From a virus, in the IMG/VR virus record IMGVR_UViG_3300034152_000556, positions 44,709 through 108,708 of that record: a DNA stretch of 64,000 nt; one strand, 5' to 3'. Below, one piece after another: positions 7,218 to 17,166 of this stretch (positions are counted from its first letter, which is position 1; each line of letters opens with the position of its first letter). The notes beneath the pieces were generated by a model. The model was not told where the DNA came from and made no database searches. It worked only from the letters and a program-made list of their open reading frames with translations. The position numbers and the translations under genes are program-made.

Positions 7218-9843
7218 TCATTATCCTCCGAGAATCTACCGGATAGAATTCACTCATTTTCTCGTTTTGGGTGAACATACCTCTGAAGTTTGGTAATCCG
7301 GGTTGTAGGTCAACAATCAATTCTTTCTCTGACATTCTTGGTGGAAGAATGCCATGCGGTAGCGCGTAACTCTTAAACGTCTCATCAAACACAAAATAAT
7401 CATGTGCAAGATTTAGAACTGAACCTAGAGATGCACAGCGCGAATCACCAAGCTTGTTCTGAAAATACATATAATCATAATCTGACTTATATGGACCTCC
7501 AGTGATTTCAAAGACATCTCCTGGTTGTATTTTGATTTTGTTCATATCAAGTGGCACATGCTGCGTCTTTTGCCATGTCTTTGTACCCATTCGCATCTTT
7601 GTGAAGTTTGCAATCACATCTTCAGCCCAAAGAGTCAAACCATTTGAGCAAAGTACAAGGGGTTCGTCGCAGCCTGTATCTGTGATAAATCCAATGATGA
7701 TATTAACATCAGTTTTCGGGAAGTTTTGAATATCATCAACTTTTGCTTTTATTTTCATGCCTGTTTGTAGGGTCTTGTATTTTGTTTTAACGTGTCTTAC
7801 TGCCCCCACATCTATATAGCTTTTGTTGCCTTTGATATAGACTTTTTCTGATAACTTTCCGTCTTTGTCTTGCAGAATAAACGAAACAGTTTGCAATTCA
7901 TCGTTGACTTTGAATCCCATGATAGTTTTTATCTTCAACATTTCAAGCGGCGTTTCCCAGTTTGCACAGACCACTCGATCACCAACTTCAAATTTAATAT
8001 CTCCATCGAAGCTTGGTATGTTGAGTTTGCTACCATCTATCCATTGTCGTGTAATGCTTGTGAAAGGCACATCTGCTAAACCAGCATTGTGATTGATGTA
8101 AAAACCATCTGGTGAAGCATATGCAACAAGAACTTCTTTTTTGTGTGAATCTGTTACCGATTTAATAGCTCTTAGCTTATAGTATCGGTTGCCAACTCTG
8201 AATGGCATATTATCTATTTTTTTCAACTTGTTTAGTTGTAGATATGTCACGGTATCTTGATTTTTTGGATCTAGAATATCAATACCACCGTTTTCATTTT
8301 TGAAACGATAAATTAAATCACCAGATGGTGAAACATCTAAATCAACAAATTCTAGATTTTTGAAAGTGCTGACAATTGATGTTGATGTTAAAGTGTCGTA
8401 GTGTTTTCCAGCGTCAAATGAGAGGCAATACTTTTTTCCTGGTTTTATCAAGCGACCGAAAAGTTTTGGTTTTTCAACATTGTACTTCTCGATCTCAAGA
8501 CCATCAACAGCGGTAAAGTACTCATCACCTAAGCGAAACTCAGGTACGCCATTGAACTCTCGAATTGATATTAGCTTTTTAAATAGGGGTTTCTGGCTTA
8601 CTGCGGTTTTGACAGTAACGATATCACCAATAGTTAGCTTCTTACCATTGTATTTGATATTTGCTTTTTCTTGCCTTGTCTTCATTTCTTCGAGAATTTT
8701 ATCTTTGAGTTTCTTCGTAAGCTGTATCATGCGATATTCTCCATTTGGTTTTTCATATCGCATGTGAGATATATTGGGTGTTCTTGCAGATGATAGAAAT
8801 GATACCACTCTAACTTCTTGATTTTTATGAGTGAAGGTGTCTCCCGGATATAGAAGAAACATCCCATTGCTATCAAGATGTACAACTGCCGATGCGTTTT
8901 CTTTCAATGGCTGTGGTTTTGTATCATCGGTGATTTCATCTGATGAGAAACTAGTTTTGAAGAATGTTGTAATTCTTGATATATCAGCAGATACGCTAGA
9001 ATTTAGACTTATATTACGACCACTATTAAGCGTGTATTTGATAGCTGCACCGAGAGTTGCTTTTTTTGCCAACAGCCACCTGACTTTAAATATAAACATT
9101 GGGTCGTTGATGGTTCGATGTGCCCACTCTATCGGATTTGAGACATACGGTGTCTTTGCTTGATGATATCGATTTGGGTTATACATATAGTCCGAGTTAA
9201 ATTCGTTGTTCCAGAAAAAGTGCATATAATTTTGAATGAACACTGCAACGTTTGGATAGTTCGAACCCATACCATCACCTAGACAGCACCATAGACCATC
9301 GTTTAGATTTGGAAGATTGGCATAAAACATCGGGTCACCCATGCCCATTACTGGCGCTGGTCTGAAATAAACGGTAGAACCACGATAACGGTTGTTTGAA
9401 TCAACAATAACAATATGGATGATATATGGAAATGCAAAGTTGATTGTATGTAGTTCTCGTGAGCCGCCTTTGCTATCGAAGTGTTTATCAATCACATCTT
9501 TCCACTCATCATACATTCCACGGTCTCGTGCGTCTTTAATTTCATTTGCAAAGTTTCTACGCATGTTGACTGTTCTAATTGCTGGTTGTTCTTCGATAAC
9601 AACACACTTATTTCCGTGCATATCTTCATATATGTAGCGACAGTTCATGGGAAGGATACCATCGTAGGTAAACTCTCTTGTTGTTAGCCTCTTCTGTAAT
9701 TGGTTCAGAAGAATATTTGTTGGAATTATACCTTTCGTAATTTTTGCTTTTGGGTCTTTCCAACTTTCATCTCTATATTTATCTGGAATTTCGCTGCCGT
9801 ATAGAACGGCGTACTTCTTGTTCAGCCGAATCTCTTCGATCAT
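7210..9843 (-). CDS. Large protein with N-terminal prokaryotic E2 (Prok-E2 family D-like) domain and long C-terminal beta-rich region
   Basis: FPYIIH...PMFYANLPNL.DG.WCCLG...FFWNNEF matches the Prok-E2_D pattern; operonic with JAB, E1 and Ubl. Confidence 0.7.
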   Translation of the reverse strand: MIEEIRLNKKYAVLYGSEIPDKYRDESWKDPKAKITKGIIPTNILLNQLQKRLTTREFTYDGILPMNCRYIYEDMHGNKCVVIEEQPAIRTVNMRRNFANEIKDARDRGMYDEWKDVIDKHFDSKGGSRELHTINFAFPYIIHIVIVDSNNRYRGSTVYFRPAPVMGMGDPMFYANLPNLNDGLWCCLGDGMGSNYPNVAVFIQNYMHFFWNNEFNSDYMYNPNRYHQAKTPYVSNPIEWAHRTINDPMFIFKVRWLLAKKATLGAAIKYTLNSGRNISLNSSVSADISRITTFFKTSFSSDEITDDTKPQPLKENASAVVHLDSNGMFLLYPGDTFTHKNQEVRVVSFLSSARTPNISHMRYEKPNGEYRMIQLTKKLKDKILEEMKTRQEKANIKYNGKKLTIGDIVTVKTAVSQKPLFKKLISIREFNGVPEFRLGDEYFTAVDGLEIEKYNVEKPKLFGRLIKPGKKYCLSFDAGKHYDTLTSTSIVSTFKNLEFVDLDVSPSGDLIYRFKNENGGIDILDPKNQDTVTYLQLNKLKKIDNMPFRVGNRYYKLRAIKSVTDSHKKEVLVAYASPDGFYINHNAGLADVPFTSITRQWIDGSKLNIPSFDGDIKFEVGDRVVCANWETPLEMLKIKTIMGFKVNDELQTVSFILQDKDGKLSEKVYIKGNKSYIDVGAVRHVKTKYKTLQTGMKIKAKVDDIQNFPKTDVNIIIGFITDTGCDEPLVLCSNGLTLWAEDVIANFTKMRMGTKTWQKTQHVPLDMNKIKIQPGDVFEITGGPYKSDYDYMYFQNKLGDSRCASLGSVLNLAHDYFVFDETFKSYALPHGILPPRMSEKELIVDLQPGLPNFRGMFTQNEKMSEFYPVDSRRIMNV

Positions 9844-9846
9844 TCT

Positions 9847-10221
9847 TTATTCTCCTCGAAAGTATTTCACAAGTTTCGCATACTCCGTTAGAATGTTCTT
9901 TGCCTTTGCCTCTTTAATATCCCAAGATTTCTTCGGAAATTTTTGAGTTTCTCGTGGGTCAGATTTTATCGCAGCCTTTGGTATTGACCAAAGTCTTGCA
10001 ACATAATGACCTATGCTTTCGCGTTCTAATGTTAGATAACACAGTTCGCTATCATAACGACCTGGAACTTCTAAAGTGAGAATGACATTTGGCCCTTGCG
10101 GGGCATATTTTATATTCATATGAGGATGTTCTTCTTTTTCAATTAGGTCGCACATCTCTCTTACTTTATCAAGTTCCTCATCGTATGGTGTTCCTGCAAT
10201 GAGTTTTCCTAGTGTTTTCAT
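9847..10221 (-). CDS. Hypothetical protein
   Basis: ATG (MKTLGK) overlapping upstream stop; start moved from the ORF track. Confidence 0.55.
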   Translation of the reverse strand: MKTLGKLIAGTPYDEELDKVREMCDLIEKEEHPHMNIKYAPQGPNVILTLEVPGRYDSELCYLTLERESIGHYVARLWSIPKAAIKSDPRETQKFPKKSWDIKEAKAKNILTEYAKLVKYFRGE

Positions 10222-10526
10222 GCTGGTTTCCTTATTCTGTATCTTACCTTGTCTAACTCTACCCAATCGGCTTGCTTAAATGGAATAGAACGCCATTCTT
10301 GTTTTTCCAAATCAAAGCAATGAATTATTCCATTTTTACGCATTAAATTGACGATTTTCTTAATATTTACAGATTTCGGATGTTGCTTTTTTGGAATTTG
10401 AGTAAAGTCTAAGGTGCATACCATTACTCGAATTGTTCCGTCCTTTTTCTTGAATTTGACAACAGCTTCTTTTGCTTTAGAAAGCTTTTCCCAAAAATCA
10501 AGAGCAGATGTGATTTCATCAGCCAT
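10218..10526 (-). CDS. SH3-fold/WYL_2 (DUF2693)-like phage protein
   Basis: VKFKKKDGTIRVMVCTL...FDLEKQEWRS pattern. Confidence 0.65.
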   Translation of the reverse strand: MADEITSALDFWEKLSKAKEAVVKFKKKDGTIRVMVCTLDFTQIPKKQHPKSVNIKKIVNLMRKNGIIHCFDLEKQEWRSIPFKQADWVELDKVRYRIRKPA

Positions 10527-11559
10527 CTTTCTTACCCTCCCTTACATCTAGGTGTACTAACCCTGCAACATCATCAGTCATGCTCATAAGCTGGCATGTA
10601 TGATTACAGAGTTGACAATAATTTCTTTTATCTCGTATCAGTGCTTCTCTCACTTGATATGATACCTCTCTCCTTTGAACAAACAGATTCATTAGAGAGT
10701 TATACTTTGGAGTATGTACGCCTCTTATACGCAGACAAAGTCGAATTGAACCATCAGCATCTATGGTAATATTATGAATACCTTGCTCTAAGAAACAATC
10801 TAACTTTGCTGGTAAAATATCAAAAATCTTTTCTAATAGATAATGCTTCATATGAACATTACATTTTCGGTCATCTAGTATTTTTACAAGTTCACCAGCG
10901 AGTCGCAGACTTGGTCTTACCAACTGTTCTGTACCATAAACATTTGAAAAGTCATACCAGCTGTTTTTTGCGATATCGACAAATGTCAAATCGCTACAGA
11001 TACCCAAGTCTGAAAGTTTCCTGATAAACCTATGTAGATCAGAAATATCATGTTTCATTACGGTTACTTCAGCAACAAGGTCTTTGATTTTCGTGTGTTC
11101 TTTCAAAACTACTAAATTTGCTAGACCTTCTCGACTCTTTTTTGCTCGATCTGAATTATCAGTTGCTAAAACAGGGTCGATGGATGCTGTGAAACCTTTT
11201 ATCTCATCGACACTTCTTAATAGATTGGTGATTCTATCTTGAATGCCTCTTGAGTTGTTGCTTATAATTGTATAATGCATTCTGTTTTCATTGCAGAAGT
11301 TTATTATATCTGGTAAGTCATTTCTTAGTAATGGTTCGCCGCCATAGAAGATATGAAAACAATCTGGGTTGTGCATTTTAAATTGCAACAAAGCCATCTT
11401 GATATAATCCAGCGACATTTCATTTTTATGATAATAAGATGAGATTGGATAGTCACCTTGACCGCCTCCACCGGCTATGATAGCACAGTACTTGCAGTTT
11501 AAATTGCAACGGCGAGTTAGTATCCAATTCACAATTTTGATTCGTTCTTTATTTTCCAA
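10519..11559 (-). CDS. Radical SAM protein
   Basis: CNLNCKYC (CxxxCxxC), FYGGEPLL, C-terminal Cys cluster (SPASM/twitch-like). Confidence 0.85.
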   Translation of the reverse strand: MENKERIKIVNWILTRRCNLNCKYCAIIAGGGGQGDYPISSYYHKNEMSLDYIKMALLQFKMHNPDCFHIFYGGEPLLRNDLPDIINFCNENRMHYTIISNNSRGIQDRITNLLRSVDEIKGFTASIDPVLATDNSDRAKKSREGLANLVVLKEHTKIKDLVAEVTVMKHDISDLHRFIRKLSDLGICSDLTFVDIAKNSWYDFSNVYGTEQLVRPSLRLAGELVKILDDRKCNVHMKHYLLEKIFDILPAKLDCFLEQGIHNITIDADGSIRLCLRIRGVHTPKYNSLMNLFVQRREVSYQVREALIRDKRNYCQLCNHTCQLMSMTDDVAGLVHLDVREGKKDG

Positions 11560-13738
11560 GTTCTAGTACCTCATCTGCTTCGAGTTGATCAACATGTCTG
11601 TGTGATATAATTAAAATATGTTTATCTTTAACAACACTTCTAAGAACTTTAGAAACATAACCAATATTCTCGTCGTCAAGACTGTCGAATATTTCATCAA
11701 ACAACAAGATGTTATATCGAACATCTTGAACACGTTCTTGAAGATCACCAAGCGTTAAAATTGTTGCAATATCAACCAATCTAGTTTGCCCACCTGAAAA
11801 TTGAACTCTTGAGTTTGCTTTGGTTTCTGTGTCAAGAACATTTACAGAAATCTTGTCTCGAAATTCACCAGCCTTAGTTGCTGATAAAGTATCAAATGAG
11901 ACTACGTATCTCCCATCTGACATTCTATCAAGATATTCCATAACGCGCTCATTCATAAAAGGTATTGATTCATCAATGAGCATTGATGGTATACCTGTTG
12001 GTGAAAACCCAGTTTTCCAAACTTCTGCAATCTTTTGTTGTCTGACATATGTTTCAAGTTGTTCTTTAAAAGTTTTAACATTGTTTCTGTAATTATCTTT
12101 TTGCATCTTTAATGTTTGTAGATTTGATTTATCAAATTCTCGATTTCGTTCTCTCTTGAGCCTTTCTTCAAGGTTTTCGATTTCGTTTTTGCATCTTTCT
12201 ATATAAAGAGTTTTTGTATTGATATCATCTTTGAGTTTTGTAAGCTCTTCTTTTTGTGCTAAAAACTCGTTATAAGATTTCTCAAGCTCTTCTTTTTCAG
12301 CTTGATATTTAGCCTTAATATCTTGTTCAGTTTTTGTTGCTATATCTGCAACCTGTGTAAGAGCTGTTTCCAAACGTTGTTTGTAAACGTTAATCATTTG
12401 ATTATATGATTCTTCAGCATGTGCAAGTTGTGATTCTTGGTGTCGTTTTTCAGAGTCGAGTTGTTTGAGGACTTCTTTTAACTTTTCTCTGATTCCACTC
12501 ACCATGTGCTCTTTCTGTTTCATTTGTTCAGTAAGATTTTGTATTTCGCTGTCACACGCTTGTATTTTTTCTTGTAGATGTGATATTGCGTCATCGTCTA
12601 TATCACGTTTACAAGTTGGACAGGTTTTAACATCTGAATTTAGAACTTTGGTGAGCTCCTCTTTCATATTGTTCAAAGATAAAACTTGTCCATGCAGATA
12701 TGATGCTTCTGATTCAATTTTGCCTTGCTTGCCTTCTGCAACATTTTTTTGTGTGAGAATTTCACGCTGAATAGAATTGATCATATCTAAGAACTTGCTT
12801 TTTTCTTTTGAAAATTTTTCGTATTCCTCTCTTTCCTTAGCAGATGCCGCCGCTTTAAGTTCACTCTCTTTTTTGTCTCGATGCACTGCTAAAGAATCTA
12901 AAGCTTGTTTAGCTTTTTGTGACAACTCATTAAATGTGTTTTCAATATTTTTCAAATCGTCAACAAGCTTAGTAAGTATTTTTTCTTGAGCCAAAAGATT
13001 CTTCAGAGACTCTTCTCTTAGTTTCAAAGACTCTTTCTCATCGCTAATCTCATCTTCTAAAGTTTCTATCAACTTTGTCTGTTCTTGATAAAAAGTGGTT
13101 TCGCGAATTCGCTCTCTGGTAAGTTGATTTTCAATCTCTTCAATGCGACCTTCTGTTACTTTAATTTCAGAATTTTTGTCAGCTATAAGATTTTTAATAT
13201 CTTTCAGAGCGTCTCGAACAAGATCATATCTTGCTTCCCATTTTTGGAATGAAAGAATCTTTCTGAAGATGTCCTTCTTCTCAGAGTCAATCAAGTCTGT
13301 AAAGAAATCTTTAACCTTTTGGCCGAACAATCTGGTGTTCATAAATAGATTCTTTGGACTTACCAAGGTTTCAATTTCAGGTACTACATCTTTGTGACCT
13401 TTTTTTATGTCTTTTCCGTTCTTCTTTAATATAACGGTGTTTCCAATGCGAGTGTATTTTACATAACGAGTGACATTGTATTGGTCTTCGTTGATGATAA
13501 AATCTAACTCAACCTTACAGTTTTTACCTATTACATTATTTACAACATCTTCGTTTCTAGCCCCTTTGCTCGTTATACCATATAGAGCAAATGGTATGGC
13601 ATCAAACATCATGGTTTTGCCGACACCATTGGGACCATTGATCATCGTCAGTTTTCCATTTTCAAACTGCAATTCCATCGGGTCAATATATGGCCCAAAA
13701 TTCTCCATTCTAACCCGCTGAAAGGTTATGTCTTTCAT
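11549..13738 (-). CDS. sbcC: SbcC/Rad50 (T4 gp46-like) SMC ATPase
   Basis: Walker A GPNGVGKT, long coiled coil with CPTC zinc hook, FSGGQ signature, LLFDEIFDSLD, ISH; start set at MKDITF. Confidence 0.92.
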   Translation of the reverse strand: MKDITFQRVRMENFGPYIDPMELQFENGKLTMINGPNGVGKTMMFDAIPFALYGITSKGARNEDVVNNVIGKNCKVELDFIINEDQYNVTRYVKYTRIGNTVILKKNGKDIKKGHKDVVPEIETLVSPKNLFMNTRLFGQKVKDFFTDLIDSEKKDIFRKILSFQKWEARYDLVRDALKDIKNLIADKNSEIKVTEGRIEEIENQLTRERIRETTFYQEQTKLIETLEDEISDEKESLKLREESLKNLLAQEKILTKLVDDLKNIENTFNELSQKAKQALDSLAVHRDKKESELKAAASAKEREEYEKFSKEKSKFLDMINSIQREILTQKNVAEGKQGKIESEASYLHGQVLSLNNMKEELTKVLNSDVKTCPTCKRDIDDDAISHLQEKIQACDSEIQNLTEQMKQKEHMVSGIREKLKEVLKQLDSEKRHQESQLAHAEESYNQMINVYKQRLETALTQVADIATKTEQDIKAKYQAEKEELEKSYNEFLAQKEELTKLKDDINTKTLYIERCKNEIENLEERLKRERNREFDKSNLQTLKMQKDNYRNNVKTFKEQLETYVRQQKIAEVWKTGFSPTGIPSMLIDESIPFMNERVMEYLDRMSDGRYVVSFDTLSATKAGEFRDKISVNVLDTETKANSRVQFSGGQTRLVDIATILTLGDLQERVQDVRYNILLFDEIFDSLDDENIGYVSKVLRSVVKDKHILIISHRHVDQLEADEVLELGK

Positions 13739-14771
13739 TATCTTCTCCCTCCAGCTTTCTGATGAATTCAATATACTCATCATGCTCTTCTTCTGGTATT
13801 TCTTGACCAGCTAGATACCGTCTCAAGATTTCTTCGTCTGTCATCGAAGAGCTAAGACCGCGATCTGTTATATCTTTGTCTGTTCTATCTACAATTATAA
13901 ATTCTTTTTCCAGCTTGTCTGTGTCAATCGTTTCTTTCTTTATGATCTTAACAAGATGCCCCTCTTGTCGAAGCCTTTCTGCTTTCTGAATTGTTTCTTT
14001 TATATTCTTTTTTGTCAGATCAAGCTGTACGTGTTTACGATAACCAGATGTTGGTATGCTTTCTACCTCTAAGGTTTCAGAATCAACAACGAGAAATCTT
14101 TTTTCATCATCTTTTTCTCCCCAATCCAATTGAATTGGTGAACCAGCATAAAATATTCTGACATTTTCATTGCTGACTTCTTGTGGTTTATGGTAGTGAC
14201 CAAGCAACACCAGATCATAATTGTTTTCTAGATGTCGAATGCTTATATCGGAAATAATACTTAAACCAGAATTTACAACGGCTTCGTTCAAACCAAAGTG
14301 CGATATAAGAATATTAGCTTTAGCCTTTTTAATAGTAACTGCCATATCTGAGCTGTAAGGTACTATTAGAATAGACGGTCCTGCATCGATTTTGGCTATA
14401 GACCCACACATTCCGTGTGTTGCATTTATCTCAACAGAGTCATGATGATCTAGAAATTCAAGTGCTGAGATTGCATCTTTGCCTTTATGCGAAAGGTCAT
14501 GATTACCAGTTACAACCCAAAACTTCAATTGACGGTAATCTTCTAAAAAGTCTAACAACAATTTCTGTGCAAGACTGTAGATTATTGACTTATTGTGCAT
14601 GATGTCGCCACCAATAACCATGACCCCTATATCATTTTTAACACAGTGATCTGCAATATTTCTCAATGCTTGCATAATACTATGTAATCTATCTGGTAGA
14701 CCCGTCATTTCATTTATGGGGTCTTGACCGTACCTAGAAAGGTGTAGATCAGCTGTAAAAGCAAATTTCAT
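13710..14771 (-). CDS. sbcD: SbcD/Mre11 (T4 gp47-like) nuclease
   Basis: Metallophosphoesterase motifs ADLH, GGDIMH, GNHD, LGHYH; adjacent to SbcC. Confidence 0.9.
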   Translation of the reverse strand: MKFAFTADLHLSRYGQDPINEMTGLPDRLHSIMQALRNIADHCVKNDIGVMVIGGDIMHNKSIIYSLAQKLLLDFLEDYRQLKFWVVTGNHDLSHKGKDAISALEFLDHHDSVEINATHGMCGSIAKIDAGPSILIVPYSSDMAVTIKKAKANILISHFGLNEAVVNSGLSIISDISIRHLENNYDLVLLGHYHKPQEVSNENVRIFYAGSPIQLDWGEKDDEKRFLVVDSETLEVESIPTSGYRKHVQLDLTKKNIKETIQKAERLRQEGHLVKIIKKETIDTDKLEKEFIIVDRTDKDITDRGLSSSMTDEEILRRYLAGQEIPEEEHDEYIEFIRKLEGEDNERHNLSAG

Positions 14772-14947
14772 AGTTGTTCTCCGTTTGAAGATTTTTCGAC
14801 GGTTTCTTCAATTTGAATTCTTTCTTTTTCTGAATCTGTTGAATCAACTACTTTCAGGAAGATGTTAAGCGCCAATACTGCTAGAAGAGCAGTAATTGCG
14901 ATAGAAACCATTAATTCGATCAGAGTAAATCCTTTACTTTTTTTCAT
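14768..14947 (-). CDS. Small prepilin-like protein (type IV pilin N-terminal cleavage/methylation motif)
   Basis: MKKSKG-FTLIELMVSIAITALLAVLAL: basic leader, G|F cleavage site, E5, hydrophobic helix; only about 30 residues follow. Confidence 0.75.
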   Translation of the reverse strand: MKKSKGFTLIELMVSIAITALLAVLALNIFLKVVDSTDSEKERIQIEETVEKSSNGEQL

Positions 14948-15383
14948 TTTCATTCTCCTCAAAATGTAAACATCTATCGATTGTTCGTAAGTGAGTTTTT
15001 ATATAAATTTCTGATAACTTATCTGTGTTGACACCAATCATTTCACCTGATTTGTCATATTGCCCAAATTCATTAATTGTGAAACCTTCTTTTTCAATTA
15101 GATTGTATGCAGCATAGTATGCCATCTCCTCAAGATGATCACCTTCTAGTTGCCACACTCTTTCGCATTTCTTTAGTCTTGCTAAAATTTTAAATACCAT
15201 ATTTGTGAATGCTCGGGTGTCTATGTCATTATTCAAAACTTTTTCAATTTCGTTTTCTTCAAGCATATCACTTGATTTAAGAGCATTTATCATTTCTTCA
15301 TCTGTTGGTTCAAACCAATCTGGTATGAACACTAAATATGATGTTGATGAGCTGTTGGTCACAAAATCTCCTTTAATTTTCAT
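14934..15383 (-). CDS. Hypothetical protein, MKIKxDFVTNSSS family
   Basis: N-terminus MKIKGDFVTNSSSTSY; start moved from the ORF track. Confidence 0.7.
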   Translation of the reverse strand: MKIKGDFVTNSSSTSYLVFIPDWFEPTDEEMINALKSSDMLEENEIEKVLNNDIDTRAFTNMVFKILARLKKCERVWQLEGDHLEEMAYYAAYNLIEKEGFTINEFGQYDKSGEMIGVNTDKLSEIYIKTHLRTIDRCLHFEENENEKK

Positions 15384-15766
15384 AACTCTATTTTTTTCAG
15401 ATTTAATTGAGTATACCAATCATCAACCATTGATTTTGGTATTACATGAATTACACCTTCATAGTCTGGTGCGTATGTATCAAGTAATATGACAGCATCA
15501 CTACCTAGTGATTCAATAATGCTATAGTAAATGCTTTCATTTTCAGTTTGTGTAAAGGTCACATAATCTTTTGCTTCTTTTATCTCCTCTAATGCATCCC
15601 TTACAGATTCAACTAACTTATCTATTTCGGTGTAACCAAGGTCTTGTTCGACATATTCGCAAGCCTTCATGATATCTTCATCACTTGGTACTTGCCAGTT
15701 GTCGGGAACACATATGAGATATGATGTTGATGAACTGTTCGTGACAAAGTCTAATTTTATTTTCAT
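15380..15766 (-). CDS. Hypothetical protein, MKIKxDFVTNSSS family (tandem paralogue)
   Basis: N-terminus MKIKLDFVTNSSSTSY. Confidence 0.7.
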   Translation of the reverse strand: MKIKLDFVTNSSSTSYLICVPDNWQVPSDEDIMKACEYVEQDLGYTEIDKLVESVRDALEEIKEAKDYVTFTQTENESIYYSIIESLGSDAVILLDTYAPDYEGVIHVIPKSMVDDWYTQLNLKKIEL

Positions 15767-17166
15767 GCTCCACTCAATATTTGCATGGCTTGATCTCTTT
15801 CAACGTTTGTGACCTTACCTTTGTAGTACAAGAGAAAACGTATAGACCACTCTTTTGCATCATAGAAATCAAGTCTGCTATAGAAGGTTCGAGATATTTT
15901 CTGACAACCAAAGTCAACCATGTCAATGATAATCGGTGTTTTCTTTCCTGGTTTATTTCTAACAATTCTACCAGTTAACTGCTCAACATTTGAAATCGGT
16001 GAGGTCATAATTACACAATCTTTCCAAGGTGCGTCGATGCCGTCTCGACACTTACCGGGAGTTGCGAACGAGACTTTGCTCTTTAATGCATCAAGCGATG
16101 CTGATGCATAAAACTTTGATTTACTCTTGACGTTGAGTTTACTATATAAATCATCAATTATCTTTTTTCTTTCGACCACTACAAGCATTTCTCGTTCGTT
16201 ACATAATCTATTAAGCAAGTCAGTGGTAGCAGCAATAAACGGTTTTGATTTTCTCATCATTGTTAGGTATCTGCTTTTTTGAAACTCACCGCCCCAATAC
16301 AGATAGTAGCGGCTTTTTGGTTGATCAATATCGTAGTGTACCAACAGAACCGTGACTTTTGGTATCATTGTACCTTCGATATCATTATCAGAAAATATCT
16401 TGCCAAGGTGATACTCAATTATATCACCATTTCCATCGTAACGATATGGTGTAGCACTCAGACCATACGTGTATTTTGCAGGGACATGAATTGAACACTC
16501 AGAGAAAGATGGTGCGCCAACCGATGTATGAACTTCATCAGCGATCATGATACCAATCTTTGCATCATTGAGTGCAAACAGAAAATCAGCCCTCTGTCTT
16601 TTTAAACACGATTTAAAGGTCTGAACTGTTGAAATAATTATTGGTTTTTGAAAATCATCTTTGAAAGTTGTTGAACTTAACAATGCGATGTCATCATCTT
16701 CAAGATTTGTGAATTGAATGAACCGCTCTCTCCATTGCTTTGCAAGATTCTCTAGATGCACAAGCACTAAAGTTTTGCGTTTGCGCTCACCAACCACATA
16801 GATTGAAATAACAGTTTTGCCTACACCGGGAGCTAGCTGTAATAGAGCACGGTCGTTCTCAAGTATATGTGCTATTGTTTTTTCTTGTAATTCGCTTCTT
16901 GGAGTGATGTTGTGTTGAATGTTAATTTGCTCACCCTCTTGTTGATGATTATCAATAACAGGGTTTGGTACGAATTTGTTAATCGGAAAATATCTTGGTA
17001 AGAGAAGAAATTTCTCAGACTCAATATAAAACCGACTAACTTCAAATTCAGACGATTGGTATGCGCGGCTTCGTCGTGTTAAATGTTTTTTTATTTCTTT
17101 GTAGAACTCCTCGTTTTCATGTTCACGAGATATTAATAGACCCGACCTTTGTATGACTTTTATCAT
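15763..17166 (-). CDS. Superfamily 2 DNA helicase (UvsW/ResIII-like)
   Basis: APGVGKT, DEVH, GLSATP, EQLTGRIVR. Confidence 0.88.
   Translation of the reverse strand: MIKVIQRSGLLISREHENEEFYKEIKKHLTRRSRAYQSSEFEVSRFYIESEKFLLLPRYFPINKFVPNPVIDNHQQEGEQINIQHNITPRSELQEKTIAHILENDRALLQLAPGVGKTVISIYVVGERKRKTLVLVHLENLAKQWRERFIQFTNLEDDDIALLSSTTFKDDFQKPIIISTVQTFKSCLKRQRADFLFALNDAKIGIMIADEVHTSVGAPSFSECSIHVPAKYTYGLSATPYRYDGNGDIIEYHLGKIFSDNDIEGTMIPKVTVLLVHYDIDQPKSRYYLYWGGEFQKSRYLTMMRKSKPFIAATTDLLNRLCNEREMLVVVERKKIIDDLYSKLNVKSKSKFYASASLDALKSKVSFATPGKCRDGIDAPWKDCVIMTSPISNVEQLTGRIVRNKPGKKTPIIIDMVDFGCQKISRTFYSRLDFYDAKEWSIRFLLYYKGKVTNVERDQAMQILSGA

Noticed and set aside
10519-11559. Radical SAM protein as QueE
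   Set aside because: Longer than typical QueE, has a C-terminal Cys cluster, and is not adjacent to queD; left as generic radical SAM.
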